Assembly: GCA_902632315.1 (NCBI GenBank)
Contig: CACPCD010000003.1
Location: 135-64,134 of the forward strand
DNA length: 64,000 nt
Reading direction: 5' to 3'
From: an uncultured Pelagibacteraceae bacterium
GTDB taxonomy: Bacteria > Pseudomonadota > Alphaproteobacteria > Pelagibacterales > Pelagibacteraceae
Shown piece by piece: positions 8,030 through 16,077 of the stretch. The translations under genes and the position numbers were made by a program. A model generated the notes under the pieces. That model was not told where the DNA came from. It saw only the letters and a list, made by a program, of their open reading frames with translations, and did not search any database. Numbering within the stretch: the stretch's first letter is position 1; each line of letters opens with the position of its first letter.

Positions 8030-10426
8030 TTAGGCAACCATGCTTTCTGCTTTTTGTAAATCTACAGAGACTAGCTGACTGATACCCTTCTCGGGCATTG
8101 TTACACCATATAGTCTGTTCATTTTAGACATAGTTAAAGCATGATGAGTAACAATAATAAATTTTGTATTGGTTATTTTTATTAGCTCCTCAAGCAAACT
8201 GCAAAATCTTGTTACATTTGCATCATCGAGAGGAGCATCAACCTCATCTAAAACACAAATTGGAGATGGATTGGTTAAAAAAACTGCAAAAATCAGAGAC
8301 AATGCTGTTAGCGCCTGTTCTCCACCAGATAACAATGTTATTGATTGAAGTCTTTTACCTGGAGGACTTACAAGCATTTCTAAGCCTGCTTCAAGCGGAT
8401 CCTCAGAGTCAACTAATTCAAGTTTTGCATTTCCACCATTAAATAATTTTGTGTAAACTTCATTAAACTTTCTATTCACTTTTTCAAATGCCTCAATTAA
8501 TCTTTCTCTACCTTTCTGATTAAGTTCATTAATGCTTTCTTTAAGTCTAAAAATTGCTGTTACTAAATCTGATCTATCTTGTTCCATTTTTTTAATTTCG
8601 GTTTCATATTTTAATGTCTCTTCGTCTGCTTTTAAATTTACTGAACCCAATCTTTCTCTCTCTTGTTTTTTTTTATCAAGTAAATCTTCTTGATTTACAG
8701 CGTCTGGAAGTTCTTCTTTTCCAAATAGATTTGAATTTTCCAAAATATTTTCCTCTGATAAATTCAGTTCGGAATATATTCTATCAATTAAATCGCTTTT
8801 TCTTTTTTTTAGGCCCTCAATAGTTGCTCCAGAACTTGCTTTTCTTTCTCTAATTTGAATTGATTGTTCCTGGATTTCATTTAGTTGGACTCTAAGAGTT
8901 TCTATCTTTTCATCAGTTGCATTAATAATAGATTCATTTTCATCCTTTTCTTCTTCTGAAATTCTCAAATTTTCCGAAATTTGTCCTTTTTTTTCAGCTT
9001 GTAGTTTTGGTTGATTATCCAATTTTTCTAACTGTAAATTTAATTTACTTTTTCTTTCACTTAATTCAGCTACCATTTTTTCGGAATTAGATAATAAATT
9101 TTTCCAACTTTCTATTTCTTTATCTATTGTATTAATTCTTTGATTTCTTTTGACAGATTCTTTTTTTATATTTTGATTTTGGCTATAACTTTCAGCATAT
9201 TCATCAATAATTGATTTACAATTTTCTAGAATATCTATTGCTTCATTACCCTTATCTAAACTAATAAGTTCTTTAACTCTATCTATTTCTAATTTCAATC
9301 TATTTTTTGCATTATTCAAATCCTCGTTGGATTTTTTTTCTGTTTCATAATATTTTGAATCTATTTCAATCAATTCATTTTTTTCTTCTTTTAATCTTTT
9401 TTCATTTGAATTAGCATCAATTACAATTCCTCTTTCTCTACCAATATCATCATCAAATGTTCGAAGAGTATTTTTAATATTTTCTAATTCGTCTTGAATT
9501 CTTACATTTTCTTCATCAAGACCTTGTAGCTCTAAATTAAGTCTTTGAATCTTTGATACATTTTCAATATTTTTTTCTCTTAATGGAGTGACTTTCTCTG
9601 TTTCAGATTTAATTAATCTTTCGATTTCATTAATCCTGTTATTAAATCCGCTTACCTCTCCTTCAGCCTCAGAATTTATTTCATTTTCAACTCTAATCTC
9701 TTTTTCAATTTCCAATAATTTCAAATAATAAAGTCCTGCCTCAATTTTTTTTATTTCATCAGAAATATTCTTATATTTAGTTGCCTCTAAGGCTTGTTTT
9801 TGAAGATTAGATAATTGCTTTTCTTGTTGTCGTCTTAATTCATCGGCCCTTTTAAGATTATTTTCAGCTGCACTTAATCTTAACTCGGCCTCATGTCTTC
9901 TAACATGTAAGCCAGATATACCTGCTGCTTCCTCAAGAATAGCTCTCCTGTCTGTTGGTTTTGCAGTAACTAGGGCACCTATACGACCTTGACTGATCAT
10001 TGAAGGAGAATGCGCTCCAGTAGACAAGTCTGCAAAGAACATTTGAGCATCTCTTGCTCTTACCTCTTTATCGTTAATATAAAATTTTGAACCTTTATCT
10101 TTTTCTATTTTTCTTCTAACGTTTATCTCCTCTAGCTCTCTAAATTGAATTGGACCTTCATTATTTTTATTTGCAACACTAACCGAAACTTCTGCAATAT
10201 TTTTTGATGGTTTATTTGAAGTACCAGAAAAAATTACATCTTCCATTCCAGAACCTCTCATGCTCTTAGCAGATGTTTCTCCCATCACCCATCTTAAAGA
10301 TTCAACAATATTTGATTTTCCACATCCATTTGGTCCAACAATCCCTGTTAAACCCTCTTCAATTAAGAAGCTGGTTTTATCAGCAAATGATTTAAATCCA
10401 TTTAAGTGGATTTTTTTAAACTCCAT
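8030..10426 (-). CDS. smc: Chromosome segregation SMC-family ATPase, unusually short (798 aa)
   Basis: GFKSF, Walker A GPNGCGKSN, Q-loop ISQG, signature LSGGE, Walker B/D-loop LDEVDAPLD, VTH; coiled-coil middle region. Confidence 0.93.
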   Translation of the reverse strand: MEFKKIHLNGFKSFADKTSFLIEEGLTGIVGPNGCGKSNIVESLRWVMGETSAKSMRGSGMEDVIFSGTSNKPSKNIAEVSVSVANKNNEGPIQFRELEEINVRRKIEKDKGSKFYINDKEVRARDAQMFFADLSTGAHSPSMISQGRIGALVTAKPTDRRAILEEAAGISGLHVRRHEAELRLSAAENNLKRADELRRQQEKQLSNLQKQALEATKYKNISDEIKKIEAGLYYLKLLEIEKEIRVENEINSEAEGEVSGFNNRINEIERLIKSETEKVTPLREKNIENVSKIQRLNLELQGLDEENVRIQDELENIKNTLRTFDDDIGRERGIVIDANSNEKRLKEEKNELIEIDSKYYETEKKSNEDLNNAKNRLKLEIDRVKELISLDKGNEAIDILENCKSIIDEYAESYSQNQNIKKESVKRNQRINTIDKEIESWKNLLSNSEKMVAELSERKSKLNLQLEKLDNQPKLQAEKKGQISENLRISEEEKDENESIINATDEKIETLRVQLNEIQEQSIQIRERKASSGATIEGLKKRKSDLIDRIYSELNLSEENILENSNLFGKEELPDAVNQEDLLDKKKQERERLGSVNLKADEETLKYETEIKKMEQDRSDLVTAIFRLKESINELNQKGRERLIEAFEKVNRKFNEVYTKLFNGGNAKLELVDSEDPLEAGLEMLVSPPGKRLQSITLLSGGEQALTALSLIFAVFLTNPSPICVLDEVDAPLDDANVTRFCSLLEELIKITNTKFIIVTHHALTMSKMNRLYGVTMPEKGISQLVSVDLQKAESMVA

Positions 10427-10434
10427 ACGCTAAA

Positions 10435-11010
10435 TTATATCAGTTTTTCTAGAGATTTTTTTAAATTTTTATAATTAAGAGTTTTATCAAACTTTTCATT
10501 ATTGATAATTATCGTAGGAGTAGCATTTATTTTAAATTTTTTATTTCCTTCGATTCTATCGTTAAGTACAAAATCTTCAATTTTTGTATTATTTATACAT
10601 TTATCAAAATCAATATTAAAGCCCTCTTTTTCTAAAAATATTTTAAGATTTTTGTTAACATCTTCGACCGTGCTTCCTTTTACCCAGGCTTGTTGATTTA
10701 AATACAATCTTTCAAGAATTTCTAGTCCTTGATTTTTTTTACATTGAACAATTTTTGAAGCATTGAAAGCTGCAACATCTAAAGGAAAATGTCTAAATTC
10801 AATTTTAGCTAAACCAGTGTCTATGTAATCTTTTTTAAGTTGAGGATAAATATTTTTGTGAAAGTCAGCACAATGACTACATGTCAGAGACTCGTAGGCA
10901 ATTATTGTAATTTTGGCATCATCATTCCCTGAAACTATTCTTTTTGTTTCAGCATTAATATTTGTTATTATACTAAAAAATAAAAGCAAAGTAATGAGAA
11001 TTTTTTTCAT
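10435..11010 (-). CDS. DsbA-family thioredoxin-fold oxidoreductase
   Basis: Signal peptide, CSHC active site, RHFPLD, cis-Pro loop ATPT. Confidence 0.9.
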   Translation of the reverse strand: MKKILITLLLFFSIITNINAETKRIVSGNDDAKITIIAYESLTCSHCADFHKNIYPQLKKDYIDTGLAKIEFRHFPLDVAAFNASKIVQCKKNQGLEILERLYLNQQAWVKGSTVEDVNKNLKIFLEKEGFNIDFDKCINNTKIEDFVLNDRIEGNKKFKINATPTIIINNEKFDKTLNYKNLKKSLEKLI

Positions 11011-11489
11011 TTTTCCTTAAAGACCTTTGTAAGTTCAAGCAACGACTTTTTAATTTTTTCATTTTTAACATCTGTAATCTTTTTTTTAAATTTATTATTT
11101 GTCACATTCTTTTCTCGCATATTCTCTTCCGAATTTTTGTTTTCATTATCAAAACTAATAAATTTTAGTTTTTCAACAACTTTATAACCAAAAAAACTAT
11201 TCATTTTATCTATCACATTTTTCTTTGAATACTCTAAATCAATCTCATGTCCTCTTTTTACCATAACTGACAATGTGCTTACTCCAAATTTATTAGAGTT
11301 TTTAAATGATTTTGGATAACAAATTTTAAACAAGTTATCCCCAACTATATATTTCCAATTGTTAAGAGTTTCAGAATAAATGTGACCTTTTTTATTGATT
11401 ACCTTCTTGATATTTTTTGGCAAAGTGTCTTTAAAGGATCTTAAGCCTTGAATGCTATTTCTCTGCTTAGTATATTTTTTAAATTGCAT
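11007..11489 (-). CDS. DUF721/DciA-family protein
   Basis: NWKYIVG...P...L...KMNSFFGYKVV pattern; conserved mutY<>DUF721-dsbA-smc context. Confidence 0.8.
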   Translation of the reverse strand: MQFKKYTKQRNSIQGLRSFKDTLPKNIKKVINKKGHIYSETLNNWKYIVGDNLFKICYPKSFKNSNKFGVSTLSVMVKRGHEIDLEYSKKNVIDKMNSFFGYKVVEKLKFISFDNENKNSEENMREKNVTNNKFKKKITDVKNEKIKKSLLELTKVFKEK

Positions 11490-12470
11490 ATGAAAGATCA
11501 GATAATAACAAAAAAAATTCTTAATTGGTATGATTTAAATAAAAGATCATTACCATGGCGAAAAAATGTTTCACAATCAAAAAAACATTATTATACATTG
11601 GTAAGCGAATTTATGTTACAACAGACACAGGTCGTAACTGTAATTCCTTATTTTAATAGATTTATAAATAAAATCCCAAATCTTAAAAAACTTTCAACAA
11701 TCCAGGATAGAGAATTGATAAAACTTTGGGAAGGTCTTGGATATTATTCAAGAGTAAGAAATCTAAAAAAAACTGCTAAAATTATAATTAGTAAATATGA
11801 TGGAAAAATTCCAAATAATTATGAAGATTTAATATCTTTACCTGGTATTGGTAATTACACTGCTAATGCAATCTTAGCTATTGCCTTTAACAAATCTTAC
11901 ATTCCTTTAGACGGAAACATTGAAAGGGTTTTAAAAAGATATCTTTATTTAAAAAAAGATAAAGAAATAAAAAAAGATAATCTAATACAAAAAAAATCTA
12001 TTTTTGGAATTTCATCAAGATCAAGCGATTATGCTCAAGCTTTGATGGAATTAGGGGCAATGATATGCAAACCAAAAAATCCTGAATGTAGTGGGTGTCC
12101 TATCCCAAAAAGTTGTAAATCTTACAAAAAGAAAGATTTTAATTTAGCTAAAATTACAAAAAAGAATAAAGAAAAATATTTTATTCTTAAAGTTTATAAA
12201 AAAAATCAAAAATACTTGTTAGTTAAAAATACAAAGTTTAATTTTCTTAAAAATTTAGCAATTTTTCCCATGGAAGAGCTTTATAAGCCAAAAAATTTTA
12301 ATGAAAATCTTAATTTTAAAATGTCAAACATGAATATGAATATAAAAATTCAATATCTCAAAAATGCAAAAAGATTTCCCTCATCTTATTGGTTTGATAA
12401 AAGAAAATTAGATAATTATATGCTTCCAACATTCACTAAAAAAGTAGTTAAATATTTAGAAAAAAATTAA
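11490..12470 (+). CDS. mutY: A/G-specific adenine DNA glycosylase
   Basis: RSLPWR, VSEFMLQQT, WEGLGYYSR, HhH LPGIG, DGN, CX6CX2CX5C; start reassigned from TTG 11448 to ATG 11490. Confidence 0.95.
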   Translation: MKDQIITKKILNWYDLNKRSLPWRKNVSQSKKHYYTLVSEFMLQQTQVVTVIPYFNRFINKIPNLKKLSTIQDRELIKLWEGLGYYSRVRNLKKTAKIIISKYDGKIPNNYEDLISLPGIGNYTANAILAIAFNKSYIPLDGNIERVLKRYLYLKKDKEIKKDNLIQKKSIFGISSRSSDYAQALMELGAMICKPKNPECSGCPIPKSCKSYKKKDFNLAKITKKNKEKYFILKVYKKNQKYLLVKNTKFNFLKNLAIFPMEELYKPKNFNENLNFKMSNMNMNIKIQYLKNAKRFPSSYWFDKRKLDNYMLPTFTKKVVKYLEKN

Positions 12471-13615
12471 TGGAAAAAATAGCTGTAATTGGTGCTGGTA
12501 TTTCAGGGCTATTCATTGCTAATTTATTTAAGAGAAATAAAAAGTATCAAGTAACTATCTTTGAGAGAAATAGCTCAATCAATTTGAAAGAAGGTTACGG
12601 TATTCAATTATCTGTCAACAGCATCAAACTTCTAAATAAAATTCAGTTTGATAAATTAGAAAATAATGAGAAATTTAATCCAGACAAAATCAATTTTTAC
12701 TCAGTTAAAAATTCTAATAAGATATGTGAGTTAAATATATCAGACTTTAATACTGAAAATTGTAAATATACTACTCTAAAAAGATCATCACTTATTGGTT
12801 TTTTGAAAAGGGATTTAGAAAAAGAAATAAAATTTGACCACACTATTTCAAAGATAGAACAACAAGATCAAATCGTTAAATTAACTTTTGAAAATAATGA
12901 AATTTATGAATTTGACTATTTAATTATTTCAGATGGAGTTTTCTCAAAGAGTAAAAATCTGTTATCAAAAAATCAAGTTGAACCAAGATTTAATGATACG
13001 CTGGCTATTAGAGGAATAATACCAAGCCATTCAAACATGGCTGATAAAAAAAATATCTCATTGTTTTTAGGTTCAAATTTTCATTATGTTATATATCCAG
13101 TATCTCCTGATGGAGATTTAAACTTTATAGCTGTAATGAAATATCAACTTTCAGAGGATGAACAAAAAGATTACTCGTTGTTTAATGACAATATTTTTAT
13201 TAATAAGATTTTAGATAAAGTTCCGGACATAAATAGGAAATTTTTTGACAATATTGAGGATCTAAAGATATATCCAGTATTTATCAGCCATGATTTTTTT
13301 AAAGTTAACAACAAAAATATCCATCTAATAGGAGATGCTTTTTTTACTTTTCCACCATCATTTGCTCAAGGTGCATCACAATCAATAGAGGGCGCATATG
13401 AGTTATTTGAGAATATAGAGAATAATACTGAAAGTAATTTTTTTAGAAATAGAGTTAATAAAACGAAAATGGTTAATAATCGCTCAAAATTTAATCAATT
13501 CGCTTTTCATTTATCTAATCCACTAACAAAATTATTAAGAAATATTTTTTTGAAAAGATTAGTAAAAAATAAAAAGTTTTTAGAGAGTTATCTTGGTAAA
13601 ATATATAAAAACTAA
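12470..13615 (+). CDS. FAD-dependent monooxygenase (group A, salicylate-hydroxylase-like)
   Basis: GAGISG, DG motif (ISDGVFS), GD motif IGDAFF..PPSFAQGASQSIE; substrate unknown. Confidence 0.8.
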   Translation: MEKIAVIGAGISGLFIANLFKRNKKYQVTIFERNSSINLKEGYGIQLSVNSIKLLNKIQFDKLENNEKFNPDKINFYSVKNSNKICELNISDFNTENCKYTTLKRSSLIGFLKRDLEKEIKFDHTISKIEQQDQIVKLTFENNEIYEFDYLIISDGVFSKSKNLLSKNQVEPRFNDTLAIRGIIPSHSNMADKKNISLFLGSNFHYVIYPVSPDGDLNFIAVMKYQLSEDEQKDYSLFNDNIFINKILDKVPDINRKFFDNIEDLKIYPVFISHDFFKVNNKNIHLIGDAFFTFPPSFAQGASQSIEGAYELFENIENNTESNFFRNRVNKTKMVNNRSKFNQFAFHLSNPLTKLLRNIFLKRLVKNKKFLESYLGKIYKN

Positions 13616-14682
13616 CTATTAGAAATTAATCTTTGTCTTAAATGATCAATCGGAACTACGTTTCCATTTAAGTTGTAATGCCAGTAGGTCCATCCATTAC
13701 AGCTTTCAGCACCTAAGATTGTTGCTGCTACTTTATGGATTGAGCCTTCAGTTTGAGCATGTTTGATACTGCCATCAGCCATAATTTTTGCGCTGATTTT
13801 CTTTTTATTATCAAAAATAGTAGTGCCTGGTTTAATTATTCCTAATTCAACCAATGATCCAAAAGGTATTCTCGGCTTAGATCTACCATTTTGTAAAGTA
13901 TCTAAATAATCATCTTCTATAGGTTTTGCTTTTTTTAATCTTTGTTCGGCAGCTTTAAAATAGGTTTTTTCTTTTTCAATTCCGTAATAATTTCTACCCA
14001 ATTTTTTTGCAACTGTTGCGGTTGTTCCTGATCCTAAAAAAGGATCTAAAACTAAATCATTTTTATTTGAAGTTGCTAATATAATTCTGTGAAGTAGAGC
14101 CTCAGGTTTTTGGGTAGAATGCACTTTTTTACCGTTCTTTTTTAGTCTTTCAGAACCATTACAAATCGGCAATTCCCAGTTAGATCTCATCTGAAGATCG
14201 TCATTTAAACACTTTAAGGATTGATAATTAAAAGTGTATTTTGATTTTTCAGATTTAGATGCCCAAATTAAAGTTTCGTGAGCGTTTGTAAAGCGCGTTC
14301 CTCTAAAATTTGGCATGGGGTTTTTTTTGTTCCAAATGACGTCATTTAAAATCCAAAAACCCAAATTTTGAATTGTTGTCCCAACTCTAAAGATATTATG
14401 ATAACTACCAATTACCCAGATAGCCCCATTTTTTTTTAAAATTCTCTTACATTCGCTTAACCATGAGTAAGTAAAGTCATCATACTTTTTAAAATTTTTA
14501 AATTGATCCCATTTATCATTTACTGCACTTACTTTAGATCTATCAGGTCTAGTTAATTCACTTTTTAATTGTAAGTTGTATGGTGGATCTGCAAAAACTA
14601 GGTCAAACGTATCATTTGGAATTTTTTTCAATTCTTCCAAGCTATCACCATTAATTAATTTATTTTTAAAATTAAAATTCAT
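13612..14682 (-). CDS. ccrM: Cell-cycle-regulated GANTC adenine methyltransferase
   Basis: DPPYNLQL, NPMPNFRGTRFTNAHETLIW, HSTQKPEALL, DPFLGSGTT, C-terminal SCNGWTYW domain; adjacent to rnhB. Confidence 0.95.
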   Translation of the reverse strand: MNFNFKNKLINGDSLEELKKIPNDTFDLVFADPPYNLQLKSELTRPDRSKVSAVNDKWDQFKNFKKYDDFTYSWLSECKRILKKNGAIWVIGSYHNIFRVGTTIQNLGFWILNDVIWNKKNPMPNFRGTRFTNAHETLIWASKSEKSKYTFNYQSLKCLNDDLQMRSNWELPICNGSERLKKNGKKVHSTQKPEALLHRIILATSNKNDLVLDPFLGSGTTATVAKKLGRNYYGIEKEKTYFKAAEQRLKKAKPIEDDYLDTLQNGRSKPRIPFGSLVELGIIKPGTTIFDNKKKISAKIMADGSIKHAQTEGSIHKVAATILGAESCNGWTYWHYNLNGNVVPIDHLRQRLISNS

Positions 14683-14699
14683 TTATAAAAAATAAATTA

Positions 14700-14724
14700 G
14701 ACTCTAAAAAGATTCTTGGGTCAA
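14700..14724 (-). promoter_or_regulatory. ccrM upstream region with two GANTC sites and a TTGACC -35-like hexamer
   Basis: GACTC 14700-14704, GATTC 14711-14715, minus-strand TTGACC at 14724-14719. Confidence 0.55.
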
Positions 14725-14801
14725 CCTAGGATTGAATTATTTGAATTTAAATTGTGTAAAAATTTTTTTAGATAACAAGATCTAGTGTTTCTACGTGAAA
14801 C

Positions 14802-15362
14802 TTATTTTAATTTATTAATTGGTGAAAAAGTTTTTCTGTGATGACTGGTAATTCCTAAAGTTTTGATGGCTTTTAAATGTTTTTTAGTGCCGTAACCAAA
14901 GTTTTTATCCCAATAATAACCTCTAAATTTCCTTCCTAATTTTGTTATCAATTTATCACGAGAAACTTTTGCGACAATTGATGCGGCTGAAATTGAGGGT
15001 ATTTTTTGGTCACCTTTAATTAGTGTTTTAATTTTATAACTTGAAATTTTGGGCGATTTATTTCCATCAATTAAGATGAGTGTAGGTTTTTTATTTAATT
15101 TCATTATTGCTCTTTTCATTGCAAGTAAGCTAGCTTCTAGAATATTCTTTTTTTCAATCTCTTTAACTGTCGCCTTTCCAATTGACCAGATAGAATTTTT
15201 CTTTATATAATTAAATAAGTTTTCCCTTTGTTTTTTTGATAATTTTTTTGAGTCTTTAATTAGTTTTTTGTTAATGGAACTATTCAAAATTACGGCTGCT
15301 GCAAAGACTGGACCAATTAAACTTCCTCTACCAGCTTCATCGACCCCAGCAATAATTTTCAT
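14802..15362 (-). CDS. rnhB: Ribonuclease HII
   Basis: GVDEAGRG, DSKKL, IDGN, KGD..ISAASIVAKVSRD, GYGT. Confidence 0.97.
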   Translation of the reverse strand: MKIIAGVDEAGRGSLIGPVFAAAVILNSSINKKLIKDSKKLSKKQRENLFNYIKKNSIWSIGKATVKEIEKKNILEASLLAMKRAIMKLNKKPTLILIDGNKSPKISSYKIKTLIKGDQKIPSISAASIVAKVSRDKLITKLGRKFRGYYWDKNFGYGTKKHLKAIKTLGITSHHRKTFSPINKLK

Positions 15363-16066
15363 TAAATCCTTATTTTTAAATTAAAAACTTCTTGTCTAAT
15401 TTTTTTTAAATCCTCCCATGAATATTTCTTGTTATCAGGGTATCTTATTAAATATGACGGACTATAAGTAATTATTAACGGGTAAGTTTTGTTATTTAAA
15501 ATAATCTCTTTCCATACCCCTCGCTGTTCAGAAATTTTGCCGTTAAAACCTGTAACAGCTTCCATCGCAGTGCCGCCTAAAAGAATAATTAATTTAGGAT
15601 CTATAATTGAGATGTGCTCTTTTAAAAATATTGAGTAACGTTTAATTTCTTGACTGGTTGGTTTTCTATCTTCTGGTGGTCTAAAATTAGTAGAATATGT
15701 TAAATAAACTTTTTCTCGTTTGATATTTATAGCGGAAAGCATCTTAGTTAAAAGTTTGCCAGATTCACCCTGGAATAATATTCCAGAACTATCCTCCACC
15801 AATCCGGGGGACTCACCAATCAACATTATTGGACTGTTTATGTCACCATCACCCATTAAGAGGCTTTTAGAGTTATTTTTTAAATTACAATTTTCAATTG
15901 AATTAATTTTTTGTTTAAGAACAGCTAATTTTTCCTCTCTATTGTCAACTTTTTTAATAGGTTTAAATCGGTTAATTGGTTTATCTACAAAATTGAATTC
16001 ATAACCAATGCTATTTTGCAATTCTTTAGCATATTTGGCATTTTGATTTAAAGTCTTTTTAATCAT
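15362..16066 (-). CDS. Uracil-DNA glycosylase family 4-like protein (degenerate motifs)
   Basis: IGESPG..ED..G..F.G.SG.LL, RPP..RKP, LGGTA, YSPSYL. Confidence 0.82.
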   Translation of the reverse strand: MIKKTLNQNAKYAKELQNSIGYEFNFVDKPINRFKPIKKVDNREEKLAVLKQKINSIENCNLKNNSKSLLMGDGDINSPIMLIGESPGLVEDSSGILFQGESGKLLTKMLSAINIKREKVYLTYSTNFRPPEDRKPTSQEIKRYSIFLKEHISIIDPKLIILLGGTAMEAVTGFNGKISEQRGVWKEIILNNKTYPLIITYSPSYLIRYPDNKKYSWEDLKKIRQEVFNLKIRI

Positions 16067-16077
16067 AAATTAAACTT

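Noticed and set aside
9200-9260. Rad50/SbcC zinc hook at the SMC midpoint
   Set aside because: Only one Cys, no CxxC; head motifs are Smc-type and no sbcD/mre11 is nearby
13612-14682. Methyltransferase as part of a restriction-modification defence system
   Set aside because: No neighbouring endonuclease; sequence and rnhB context match orphan CcrM
15362-16066. UDG4 (often labelled 'phage SPO1 polymerase-related') as a prophage remnant
   Set aside because: Embedded in core genes with no phage genes, integrase or compositional shift
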